Source: Candidatus Latescibacterota bacterium
GTDB taxonomy: Bacteria > Latescibacterota > UBA2968 > GCA-2709665
NCBI GenBank assembly: GCA_965208835.1
Contig: OZ242358.1
Coordinates: forward strand, 4,928,001-4,992,000
Length of the DNA stretch: 64,000 bases
Direction of reading: 5' to 3'
Shown: piece by piece, positions 47,473-57,176 of the stretch
Layout of the letters: each line of letters starts with the position of its first letter
How positions within the stretch are numbered: the first letter of the stretch is position 1
Program-made: the position numbers and the translations under genes
The notes under the pieces: generated by a model
Seen by the model: the letters and a program-made list of their open reading frames with translations, nothing else
Told to the model about the DNA's origin: nothing
The model's database searches: none

Positions 47473-50400
47473 ATGCCCGGCAATCCTCAACCGGCGCCGC
47501 TTTCCGACCTGGAAGCGCGCATCGAAGCCCTCACGCACCACGATCGTTCGCTTCTTGTCGAGGCCGGAGCGGGCAGCGGCAAGACGGCCCTCATGGCCGG
47601 CAGGGCGGCCCTCCTCGTGGCGGGCGGGATTGCGCCAAGAAATATCGCCGCCATCACCTTTACCGAAGCGGCGGCGGCCGAGCTTCTGGAGCGAATAGAA
47701 CGCATCGTGAAGGTCCTCCTGTCCGGCAAACCGCCTGCCGAACTTGCGCCGGCCCTTCCGACGGGTCTCAGCGACGGGCAACGCGCCAATCTCAAGAGGG
47801 GCGCGGCGACGCTGGACGAGTTGACGTGCACGACCATCCACGGCTTCTGCCAGAAACTGATCACGCCTTATCCGGCGGAGTCCGGGCAAGACCCCGGCGC
47901 CACCATTATCGACCCGGCTGTCGTGGAACTCGTCTTCGACGACCTGCTGGACCGATGGCTGTCCGCGCGATTCGGACGAAACCCGGCCGAAGACAACCTG
48001 GGGCGCATACCCCCGATTCGGCAACCGGGCGACGAAGGGGAGGACCTCTTCGCCTCTCTCCTGCAGAAATCGCCGGACCAGACGCTGCGGCTGATCCGGG
48101 ACACGGCCCATTTTCTGAGACAGCACCGCACGGCGGGAGCCGCGGATTACGAAATCGACAGGGAAGCCCATACAAAGCTGGTCGACGCCGCGCGCGCATT
48201 CTCGGCCTGGTACGACGGCACGGGAATTGAGGAACCCGGCGCCGCCGCCATTGCGAATGATCTCCTGGGTACCGTTGAGAAGATGGGCGAGCCCTGTGCG
48301 GATCGGATTTCGGCGGAACACCTCGCCGAACTCCTCCATCACAGTCCCCCTGACGCCTGCAGGAAGAGCGAGCGCGGCTTCAGGCAGTGGCGCGCCAAAG
48401 GTAAGTGGAGAACGGCCGCGAAAACGGCCGGACGGAGCGCCGCCGACGGAGAACAGCTTTATGTGGCGGGACTGGCGCTTTACGGAGCGTGCAACGAGGC
48501 GTACGCCGAATTCTGCAGCACGCTCGGCGACGTCGCATTCCGCAGCTTCATTGCCGAATTCAATGCAATCCGCGAGCTCTACAGTAGATTCAAGCGCGAC
48601 GCGGCGCTGCTCGATTTCGACGACCTGCTGTACCTGGCCAGGGATCTCCTGCGGGAACAGGAATCGATCCGCCGCGCTCTGTCCGGGCGCTACACACACA
48701 TCCTTGTGGATGAATTCCAGGACACCGATCCGCTTCAGGCCGAAATCATCTGGCAACTGGCCGGTGATGGAGACCCCGGGCGACCATGGCAGGAACGCGT
48801 GATTCGTCCGGGCGCGCTCTTCCTGGTGGGCGATCCCAAGCAGGCGATCTACCGGTTCCGCGGCGCGGACGTGCAGACGTACCTCACGGCTCGGGACGCG
48901 CTTTCGCAACGCGACCCGGCGTCCATTCTAAGTATTACTGCCAATTTCCGGTCGCGGGCGCAAATACTGGATTACGTGAATCGCCACTTCGAGGACCTGC
49001 TGGACGCAGAGCGGGGACAACCCGGATTCACCCCGCTGACGTCAACGCGCGACGCGGGCGACGGCGCGAGCGTCGCGGCCTTCGATATTCCACTTGGCGA
49101 CGAACACAAAACCTCCAGGGGTAAGCTGATTGTCGAGAGCGTCCGCGAGGAGGAAGCCATTGTCGTTGCCAAAATCGCGGCCCGGCTGATCGGGTCTTAT
49201 CCCGTGTACGACGCGGACACCGGGGAAACCAGGCCCGCGAAGGCCTCCGACATCGCCCTGCTCGCCCCCACCGGAACCAGCCTCTGGATCTACGAGCGGG
49301 CCCTGGAGGAAAACGGCATTCCCATCGCCACGCAGGCCGGCAAGGGGTTCTTCCGGCGGCAGGAGGTCCAGGACCTGATCGCGGTGGCCAGAACAGTCGC
49401 CGATGCCCGTGATACGCTCGCGTTCGGCGCATTGGTCCGGGGGCCGCTGGTCGGCCTTTCCGATGAACAGATTGCCGACGAGATTCTGGCATTGCCGGTG
49501 GATCCGGACCGAAGCGTCCACCTGGACGTCAACACGGACCCTTCGCTGGTCACCAGCCCGGTTCTGGCGCAAACGCTGCGTGTCCTGCAGGACCTCCGAA
49601 AAAAACGCCGCGGCACCACGCCCTACCAGATCATGGCGGAAGCGGTCGAGGCGCTGCATGTTCGCCCGATTCTCATGGCGCGCCACGGAGGAGGCGCCCA
49701 GCGCGCGCATGGGAATGTCGACCTGTTGCTGGAAATGGCGCGTCCCTACGCAACGCGAGGCATTGAGGACTTCGCCCGTGCGGTATGGCAACGGTGGGAA
49801 GACGCGGAAGACCAGGTGGAAGGCCGTCACGACGCGGCGGCGGATGCCGTTTCCATTATCACCATGCATTCGGCCAAGGGCCTGGAATGGCCTGTCGTAA
49901 TTCCCATCAATTCCACAACCGGACTCAGGCACCAGGAGGGTTTTCTTTACAGGCGCCGGGACGACAGCGTACATTTCAAGGTACTGGATTTTGCGGGTTC
50001 GGAATATGCGGAGACCATGCTGGAGGAGGTGAAAGAACTCAACCTGGAGCGCGTGCGTCTGTGGTACGTGGCGCTGACCCGCGCGCGGGACCTCCTGCTT
50101 TTGCCCAGGCAGAGCGAACGCGTGGATGGCGACTGGATGAGCCTGATCGACATCGACGTGGATTGGCTTCCTGCCCTCGACGCCGAGCGTCTTGAAAGGG
50201 CGCATGCGGTTCAGGATGACACCGGCACAAACAGGCAGGACCGGGAAACATGGCTGGAGGAGGCGTCAGCCATTGCCGACAACAGGCGGACGATCACCTG
50301 GCACCGGCCCAGCCGTCACGTGGACGCGGAGCAGACCGAAGCAGAAGTGCCGCCGGCCGTATATGCGGGTGAGGAGGAGGCCAAGGAAGCCGGCGAGGAG

Positions 50401-50916
50401 CCCGTTGGATCGAACACCGACAATCACGCGTTGATACGCGGCCTGATCCTTCACAAGCTGATGGAGGAAGTGCTCACGGGAGAAACAGGGGATGCGGCAG
50501 CCAACGTTCGGGCTCGAGCCGCAGAACTCATTGCCCAGCAGGAGCTTGAAGACTCACCGGATGCCTCGCACCGAATTTCCAGCGCCGGAATGGCGGAAAT
50601 GGTTTCCCGTACCCTGATACGTCCGGAGATTGCGGCCCTCCGTCCGCGTCTGGTCCCCGAGTACTGGGTCTATGGCGGCGAGGTCAGCGGCCGGGACATG
50701 GCCATTACCGCGGGCATCGCGGATGCCGTCGCGTTCGATGCCAGGGGCGACATCGACGTTGTCGTGGACTGGAAGAGCGACGCAAGTCTCAGGGAGAGGC
50801 AGGTCCAGTCGTACCGGGAACAGGTGCGATTGTACCTGAAGGCCACGGGAGCAAATACCGGACACATCGTATTTCTGGGTCTGGATCACATTGAAACGGT
50901 CGTACGCGAAAACTGA
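47473..50916 (+). CDS. AddA-like UvrD/SF1A helicase with C-terminal nuclease
   Basis: AGAGSGKT, TIHGFC, LVDEFQDT, VGDPKQAIYRFRGAD, NFRS, T.H.AKGLE, YVALTRA, G.AD...VVDWK. Confidence 0.93.
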   Translation: MPGNPQPAPLSDLEARIEALTHHDRSLLVEAGAGSGKTALMAGRAALLVAGGIAPRNIAAITFTEAAAAELLERIERIVKVLLSGKPPAELAPALPTGLSDGQRANLKRGAATLDELTCTTIHGFCQKLITPYPAESGQDPGATIIDPAVVELVFDDLLDRWLSARFGRNPAEDNLGRIPPIRQPGDEGEDLFASLLQKSPDQTLRLIRDTAHFLRQHRTAGAADYEIDREAHTKLVDAARAFSAWYDGTGIEEPGAAAIANDLLGTVEKMGEPCADRISAEHLAELLHHSPPDACRKSERGFRQWRAKGKWRTAAKTAGRSAADGEQLYVAGLALYGACNEAYAEFCSTLGDVAFRSFIAEFNAIRELYSRFKRDAALLDFDDLLYLARDLLREQESIRRALSGRYTHILVDEFQDTDPLQAEIIWQLAGDGDPGRPWQERVIRPGALFLVGDPKQAIYRFRGADVQTYLTARDALSQRDPASILSITANFRSRAQILDYVNRHFEDLLDAERGQPGFTPLTSTRDAGDGASVAAFDIPLGDEHKTSRGKLIVESVREEEAIVVAKIAARLIGSYPVYDADTGETRPAKASDIALLAPTGTSLWIYERALEENGIPIATQAGKGFFRRQEVQDLIAVARTVADARDTLAFGALVRGPLVGLSDEQIADEILALPVDPDRSVHLDVNTDPSLVTSPVLAQTLRVLQDLRKKRRGTTPYQIMAEAVEALHVRPILMARHGGGAQRAHGNVDLLLEMARPYATRGIEDFARAVWQRWEDAEDQVEGRHDAAADAVSIITMHSAKGLEWPVVIPINSTTGLRHQEGFLYRRRDDSVHFKVLDFAGSEYAETMLEEVKELNLERVRLWYVALTRARDLLLLPRQSERVDGDWMSLIDIDVDWLPALDAERLERAHAVQDDTGTNRQDRETWLEEASAIADNRRTITWHRPSRHVDAEQTEAEVPPAVYAGEEEAKEAGEEPVGSNTDNHALIRGLILHKLMEEVLTGETGDAAANVRARAAELIAQQELEDSPDASHRISSAGMAEMVSRTLIRPEIAALRPRLVPEYWVYGGEVSGRDMAITAGIADAVAFDARGDIDVVVDWKSDASLRERQVQSYREQVRLYLKATGANTGHIVFLGLDHIETVVREN

Positions 50917-51040
50917 ACGGCTGGTTCGTACGACGGGCAATCCGACAGGAATGGTACTGCACACCCGTGTTGCCGGTTCCGCGCGCCGGTCGCCGGTTTG
51001 CAAATTCGCAAACGATTGAGGGAAATTCGGAGCGTACAGA

Positions 51041-52705
51041 ATGGGTCGGACATCAGATACGGAGATTCGGTACAGCGACGGAGAAGCCGCCGAGAGGGAT
51101 CTGCTCGCCGCCCTCAGGAGTACCTCGGATGTAAGCCTCGAATCCGAGGAACTGATGGGGAAGGTGAAGGATATCGCCTCATATTACTACCTCGGGATTG
51201 GCAGGTCGGCGATATTGAGGTGTCTGGACTTGCCCGCCGAGAGCAGGGTCCTGGAACTTGGCGCTGGGTGCGGGGCCATTACCAGGTACCTTGGCGAAAC
51301 CTTTAAATCCGTGGACGCTATAGACGCAAGTCCTATACGTGCGGAAATCGCCCGTGAGCGGTGCAGGGACCTCGACAACGTTTCGGTACTGTGCAGGGAC
51401 CTTAGAAATGAGAACTTCGATTCCAACTACGATATCGCCGTAATCGTTGGCGTCCTCGAATACGCGCCGGTATTCATCTACCCGGGAGAGGCGCCACGGG
51501 ATGCCTGTTTAAGGTTTCTGAAGCTGGCCCGTAGCGCATTGAACGAGAATGGCAACCTGGTCCTGGCCATAGAAAACCGGATCGGTCTGGACTTCTGGGC
51601 GGGCACTCCGGAGAACCACACGGGAAAACCGTACGACGGCGTTCACGATTACCCGAGTGCAGGATCCCCGATAACGTTCACCCGGACGGAATTGCAGAAA
51701 CTCCTGGCCGATGCGGGATTTGCCCACACGGCATTCCACTATTGTTTTCCGGATTATCATTACGCCTCAACCATCCTCAGTTCAATAGGTGCAGAACGAG
51801 ATTTCTTCCTCCACAACTGGGTTGGTTTTTCTCTTGATTCGCCCAGGAATACAAAAACCCAGACGTTCAATAAACCCCTCGCGGCGAAGACGCTGAGCGA
51901 ATCCGGACTGCTCAGGGAGTTTGCAAACGCGTTTCTGGTGGTGGCAGGCTGCCATCCCGTCCCCGCCGCCAACTGGGTGGCCAGAAAGTACAGCATGAAA
52001 CGCCAACGCCCGTTCCGAATCGTCACCACGCTGTACACGCATTCGGGACCCTTTGTAGAGAAGATCCCACTTCACCCGTCACCAGGGGATTCCCCCGATA
52101 CTGAACATGACCTCGTGAGACTGCGGACGGAAGATGCCGGTTGGGAACCCGGCAACCTGCTCTCTTTCGAGATCGAACAGGCAGCTCTTGGCGGAGACTT
52201 CCCGGATTACCTGGCCAGCCTGATCGACAGATATCACGGAGAGCTCGAATCCAATTATGGAACGGGCCGGAGCGATTCGGAAGGCTATCCCCTGCTCAGT
52301 TCCAGATCTCTGGACGCGGTTTTCGCGAACATCATTCAGAACGAAGACGGCAAATGGCACTTTATCGATGAAGAGTGGCAGACCGAATCGGAAATCTCGA
52401 TCGACTTCATGCTCTACCGGTGTATCCGGTTCTGCCTCTTCAGCCACGGTGTCCGTGACGCGCAGGCGAAAGCGATGATACGATCCCTGTATCCTTCATA
52501 CAGTCGAACCAGACACAAAAAAAACCGCGCACTGGCGGATGCCTTTCAGCGGGAGACTTACCTGGAAACAATCGATCTCAGAGTGTTTAAAGGGAATCTG
52601 CTGGGACGCATCGTCAGGAACGACGTGGTCCGCCCCTGCCTGGAGAAGCTCTGGCGCCGGACACCACACGGTATCCGGTCATTCATCAGGCGTCATCTTC
52701 TGTAA
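51041..52705 (+). CDS. Class I SAM methyltransferase of glycan loci with C-terminal extension
   Basis: VLELGAGCGAITR, GVLEY, LAIENR.G....AG.PE.H, PDY. Confidence 0.85.
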   Translation: MGRTSDTEIRYSDGEAAERDLLAALRSTSDVSLESEELMGKVKDIASYYYLGIGRSAILRCLDLPAESRVLELGAGCGAITRYLGETFKSVDAIDASPIRAEIARERCRDLDNVSVLCRDLRNENFDSNYDIAVIVGVLEYAPVFIYPGEAPRDACLRFLKLARSALNENGNLVLAIENRIGLDFWAGTPENHTGKPYDGVHDYPSAGSPITFTRTELQKLLADAGFAHTAFHYCFPDYHYASTILSSIGAERDFFLHNWVGFSLDSPRNTKTQTFNKPLAAKTLSESGLLREFANAFLVVAGCHPVPAANWVARKYSMKRQRPFRIVTTLYTHSGPFVEKIPLHPSPGDSPDTEHDLVRLRTEDAGWEPGNLLSFEIEQAALGGDFPDYLASLIDRYHGELESNYGTGRSDSEGYPLLSSRSLDAVFANIIQNEDGKWHFIDEEWQTESEISIDFMLYRCIRFCLFSHGVRDAQAKAMIRSLYPSYSRTRHKKNRALADAFQRETYLETIDLRVFKGNLLGRIVRNDVVRPCLEKLWRRTPHGIRSFIRRHLL

Positions 52706-53774
52706 CGATTTTGCTGTACACATCGAGCGTTTGTTGAGCTGTGCGGCGCCATGAAAATTCCAAAGCCCTCCGAATTCCCTTCGCACTCAGTTCAGCGCAC
52801 ATTGCCGGGTCATTCGTCAGTCTGCAGATGGCATCCTCAATGTCTTCGACCTTGTAGGGGTCCACTAACAACGCGGCATCGCCCGCAACTTCCGGCAAAC
52901 TCGATGTATCGCTGGTGATTACGGGACATCCGCACGCCATTGCCTCCAGAACGGGCAGGCCGAAACCCTCGTACATGGATGGATACACAAAACAGCGGGC
53001 GGTTTGAAACAGCCGAATCAACTCTGCTTCGGATACGTAGCCGGTGAAGTCAATGTCATCCTGAAACGCTGCCGGGAAGCGCATTATATCGTCGAAGAGC
53101 CATCCCTCCTTTCCAACAATGACCAGTCTGTCCCTGGTTTTTTCTTTTTCCCGAAGAGAGACAAAAGCTTCGATAATCCTGTTGAAATTCTTCCTGGGCT
53201 CCAGAGTGCTTACCGCCAGGATGAATTCTTCCCTCGATGCCGACCCCGGTTTAAATTGCTCAGAGACGCCCTCGTGGATGACGTCGATCTTGTTTTCCGG
53301 TATGTTAAAGTGGTGAATGAGGTCCCTTGCGGTACTGTGGCTGACGGCGATGAACCTGTCGACGAATCGGAATCTGTGCTTCAGGATGTATTTGAAGTAG
53401 AGAACCCGTCTGCGTGTCTGCCACTCGGGGAACAGAAGAGGGACGAGGTCGTGCACGGTCATTACAACCTTTGCATCGGGACGAAAGAAAAACGGGGCGG
53501 TCACGGTGGGACAGTGAACCAGATCGAATTCTGAGAGACGTCGAGGCGGCGCGAAAACGGCCGAGAAAAGACCGCTGCCAAACACCAGAGGGGGCGTGTG
53601 GTAAATCAAACCGGCACGTCCGGGAAAGAGCGAACGAGGGGACCGGGACGACGCGATCAGCGTCAGGTCGAGGTCCTCGCTATCGGCAAGCCGGTGGATG
53701 AGATTGTGGATATACTGCTGTACGCCCGCGAAATGTCTGTCTCTCAACGCCTCAACAGTGATCGCGATCTTCAT
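52686..53774 (-). CDS. GT4 family glycosyltransferase (MtfB-like)
   Basis: TVHDL, LEPRKN, PS.YEGFGLP.LEAMACG.PV; start trimmed to MKIAI. Confidence 0.93.
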   Translation of the reverse strand: MKIAITVEALRDRHFAGVQQYIHNLIHRLADSEDLDLTLIASSRSPRSLFPGRAGLIYHTPPLVFGSGLFSAVFAPPRRLSEFDLVHCPTVTAPFFFRPDAKVVMTVHDLVPLLFPEWQTRRRVLYFKYILKHRFRFVDRFIAVSHSTARDLIHHFNIPENKIDVIHEGVSEQFKPGSASREEFILAVSTLEPRKNFNRIIEAFVSLREKEKTRDRLVIVGKEGWLFDDIMRFPAAFQDDIDFTGYVSEAELIRLFQTARCFVYPSMYEGFGLPVLEAMACGCPVITSDTSSLPEVAGDAALLVDPYKVEDIEDAICRLTNDPAMCAELSAKGIRRALEFSWRRTAQQTLDVYSKIVTEDDA

Positions 53775-53938
53775 GGATCGTTGTATCTCCGGCTGATATG
53801 ACGGTTCCGGTCCACTATGATCCAAGAATATATCACGGTAGCGTGTAAGTTGTCAAACGGCCAGCGCATGATTCCCTGTCCGTCCATCCTGTACAACCAG
53901 TCGCACCTGAAGAATCCGCACAACGCGAGGGACCGGAC

Positions 53939-56317
53939 TTGAACAGGAAACGAACGACTGGATCGACCCAGCCAGGGGGGGCCACAATTTCACGACCGGC
54001 CATTATCGCGTCGGCGTTTCTTGGTCTCCATATCCTGCCGCTCATCTGGCGACCCAATCCCCTATGGGGCGTGGACTTTCTTTTCTATCTGCCCACTCCG
54101 GTCCAGGGCCTGTTTGTTTTTCTTTCGGCCCTGTTGTTCGTTCCTGGCGTCCGTCGCGGAATCCGTGCGTGCGCAAACGCGCTCCCGCTCGCGCTCTGGG
54201 GTCGGGGTCGGCGCGTCTGGTTATCCCGAGCACTTGTTGTCCTGATCGCCCTCGTCGGCTTTGTCCTGCTCTCCACCGCTCGCCACTTCCTGGGCGACGG
54301 CTACCCCGTGCTGGAGAATCTGGAAGCGGGAATCTGGATCAATTCCCCCAGGGCGCCGCTTAGCTGGGCGCTTATTCGCGCGCTGCACGACGTGTGCCAA
54401 CCATACTGGAAGACTGCTGAAAACACGTATCGCATGTACAGTTATGCGTCGGGAGTTCTCTATGTCCTGCTCGCCTTCCCCGTTGCCGGCGCGATAGGGA
54501 AGACAGGTCGGGATAGATCCATCGTATTTGCCTTCCTGCTCACGGCGGGATACATCCAGCTGTTCTTTGGATACGTAGAGCACTATCCCCTTTACATGCC
54601 CGGTCTCCTCCTTTACCTCTTCCTGGGCTTGCAGGCACTGAAACTACGTTTGACCCTGTTTGCCCCCGCGTCCGTACTAGGGGTGCTGATCGCCCTTCAC
54701 ACGGCCTTTACTGTCTTCGCACCCTCGCTGGTCTTCCTTGCATATCGCGCCTTTCGCCAACGGCCGGACCTCATCCCATCCTGGAAAAACGCACTCACGA
54801 AATTTGCGGCGTTGTGTTGTGTCCCGGTCACGGCCGCGTTTTTTGTCGGTTTATGCGACATCGGCTTCGAAGCGTACGTGAGTCGTATGGGCGGCAGGAA
54901 CTTCCTTCCTCTTTTTTCGGAACCCGGATATCTTTCGCAATACCGAATCTTCTCGCCGGCGCATGTCCTGGACTTCCTCAATCAGCAATTACTCGCGGCC
55001 CCGGCCGTGTGTATGTCCCTTTTCCTGGTCGACAGGAAAAACTTCGCCATTCGACCCTTCCTCGCCGTCTGCGCATTTCTTCCGCTCTTGTTCACGTTTG
55101 TCGCCAACCCGGAGATCGGCGCTTTTCGAGACTGGGATGCCTTCTCCTTGCCGGCGCTACCGCTCACGCTGTGGACCGCCGCAGCGTTTCTCGAGAGCAA
55201 AAACACCGGCAATAGCCGCTTCGATACCGCTTTCGTCATCTGCGGCGCGGCGGCGCTGCATACGCTTGCATGGGTCGGCGTCAACTCCAGCGCATCTGCC
55301 ACCCACGCCCGCTTTATCCATCTGACGGGCCGCCTCACCGGCAGCGCCGGTGTCAACAGCTGGACGGTACTCGGCACCTTCCACGAGGCGAGAAAGAATG
55401 ACCCGGCAGCCTTACGGGCATACAAGCGGGCACTGCGTGTGGATCCGACCAATCCCAATCGATGGTTAATCGTCGGCAACTTTCTTCGCACGACCGGTCG
55501 GCACACGATCGCCATCAAATATTATGAAAGAGCCGTCGCACTCATCCCCGCCGACGCGATCCCGTATTTGAAACTCGGCTCTGTCCATAGTGATCTCGGC
55601 CAGTTCGACAGCGCCATAGAATACACCAGGAAGGCCATCGCGCTCGATCCCAATCTCGCTGTCGCTCACATTAACCTCAGCACCATTTACAGGAAAACCG
55701 GCAAGTTCGACAAAGCCGTCCAACACCTCGAAAAAGCCGCCGCGTTACGACGAAATGACGCCGAAATCCACGAGCATCTTGCCGAGATGTACCAGGACAT
55801 GGGAGAGAATGAAAAAGCCATCCGCTACCTTGAAAGAGCGAGTTTGCTGCGACCCCGCCATACCCGGACTCTGGTGAACCTAGCACTTGCCAACAGCGAC
55901 GCAGGGAAGAACAAACGGGCTATCGAACTCCTCAAGGAAGCGGCTGCGCTGGAACCCGAATTCGCGGCGGTCCACTTGAACCTCGGTGTTATCTACATTA
56001 GAATCGACCAGCACGCCACCGGCATCAAATCTCTTTCAAAGGCCAATGAACTCAAGCCGGAAGATCCGCTCACTTTGCAGAACATCGGCTTCGCGTACTT
56101 CGACCTCGGGAAACACGAAAAAGCGGTACCATATCTTCAAAGGGCCATCCAACTGGACCCCGGCGCCGCAGACGCGCACATTTTGCTGGGAATGGTCTAC
56201 CGTGCCCTGAAACACGGCGACGAGGCCAGGGTCCATTTCGAGAAGATCCTGGAACTGGAGCCCGGCCACCCTCAGGCCGCTCAGATCAGAGAATGGTTGG
56301 GGCAGACCCCAGAATAG
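53939..56317 (+). CDS. Polytopic membrane protein (GT-C-like) with C-terminal TPR array
   Basis: Hydrophobic N-half with FLGDG, FFGYVE.Y and RDWD motifs; roughly 9-10 canonical 34-aa TPRs in the C-half. Confidence 0.8.
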   Translation: MNRKRTTGSTQPGGATISRPAIIASAFLGLHILPLIWRPNPLWGVDFLFYLPTPVQGLFVFLSALLFVPGVRRGIRACANALPLALWGRGRRVWLSRALVVLIALVGFVLLSTARHFLGDGYPVLENLEAGIWINSPRAPLSWALIRALHDVCQPYWKTAENTYRMYSYASGVLYVLLAFPVAGAIGKTGRDRSIVFAFLLTAGYIQLFFGYVEHYPLYMPGLLLYLFLGLQALKLRLTLFAPASVLGVLIALHTAFTVFAPSLVFLAYRAFRQRPDLIPSWKNALTKFAALCCVPVTAAFFVGLCDIGFEAYVSRMGGRNFLPLFSEPGYLSQYRIFSPAHVLDFLNQQLLAAPAVCMSLFLVDRKNFAIRPFLAVCAFLPLLFTFVANPEIGAFRDWDAFSLPALPLTLWTAAAFLESKNTGNSRFDTAFVICGAAALHTLAWVGVNSSASATHARFIHLTGRLTGSAGVNSWTVLGTFHEARKNDPAALRAYKRALRVDPTNPNRWLIVGNFLRTTGRHTIAIKYYERAVALIPADAIPYLKLGSVHSDLGQFDSAIEYTRKAIALDPNLAVAHINLSTIYRKTGKFDKAVQHLEKAAALRRNDAEIHEHLAEMYQDMGENEKAIRYLERASLLRPRHTRTLVNLALANSDAGKNKRAIELLKEAAALEPEFAAVHLNLGVIYIRIDQHATGIKSLSKANELKPEDPLTLQNIGFAYFDLGKHEKAVPYLQRAIQLDPGAADAHILLGMVYRALKHGDEARVHFEKILELEPGHPQAAQIREWLGQTPE

Positions 56318-56388
56318 CACCCGCACCGTCCCCAAGCCGTTAACGATATGTACACGGGATGTAGATCAGCGATATCCGCGCCAGCAGC

Positions 56389-56450
56389 GGGCGACCGGCC
56401 GGTCGCCCCTACAAATGCAATTAAGGCGCGGCGAGGGCAGGATGCCCTCG
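56389..56450 (-). repeat. Compound REP (GTAG palindrome + second palindrome)
   Basis: gggcgaccggccggtcgcccctac...cgagggcaggatgccctcg, as at 12005 and 23653. Confidence 0.8.
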
Positions 56451-56897
56451 ATCCCGGGGATCTCTCCACCCGGCGCTCGGAAGGAGCCGTCAGCTATCAG
56501 CCATTAGCTGTCAGTTAAAGACAAAAACCGAATCGTGTGACGTCAACGCCATTTTGTATCCGACCGCGAAAGGAGGATCTCCCCCCACCGCATCAGCCTT
56601 CGCCGGTCCTTTCGACAAGCTCAATGCAGGCAAGCTCAGAGCAAATGCTCAGATGACCGGCTCGGCTTCTGCGACTCCCCCTCAAGGGGGGAGTGATTGG
56701 ACCGTCAAGCGGGCGCTCTGGTTCGCAAATACCTTCTGGTCGCGGCTGAACAAATCGAAGCCGCGATACGTACCCTTAATGTATCCCCCCTTCAAAGGAA
56801 CTATCCCTAAGCACCCGGATTCCTGCGTGGGTCCGGGGACTTTTTTTGCGTGAGGTCACGCCCCCGAATCAGTGAGGCAGATTTGGCAGAACTAATA

Positions 56898-56940
56898 CGC
56901 CATTTTGGCATTACCATAAATCGTATATGCCAAAATGGCA
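56898..56940. promoter_or_regulatory. Paired upstream activator sites for a sigma54 enhancer-binding protein
   Basis: cGCCA-ttt-TGGCA and TGCCA-aaa-TGGCA, 30 bp apart, 120-160 bp upstream of the sigma54 site. Confidence 0.6.
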
Positions 56941-57006
56941 TATACATACCTCAGAAACGGGACTTATATTCCGATTCTTCAAGTGTCATTTTTCGGTATA
57001 TTTACA

Positions 57007-57019
57007 TAAACTATTGATT
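57007..57019 (-). promoter_or_regulatory. IHF binding site
   Basis: TAAACTATTGATT is the reverse complement of consensus WATCAANNNNTTR, in an AT-rich tract between the activator sites and the promoter. Confidence 0.6.
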
Positions 57020-57059
57020 TTTATGGATATGATTGAAGCGTGATTCAGTCTCGGCGATA

Positions 57060-57075
57060 TTGGCACGGGGCTTGC
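57060..57075 (+). promoter_or_regulatory. Sigma54 (-24/-12) promoter of hsp20
   Basis: TTGGCAC-GGGGC-TTGC with exact spacing. Confidence 0.8.
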
Positions 57076-57176
57076 GAAGGGTTATTGGCACAGGCTCGAG
57101 GGCGAGCAGGAAGTTCTCGAAACCCTCAACAGCAACAATTCGTCGGGAAAACCGTTAACCAAAAGGAGGATTTACC

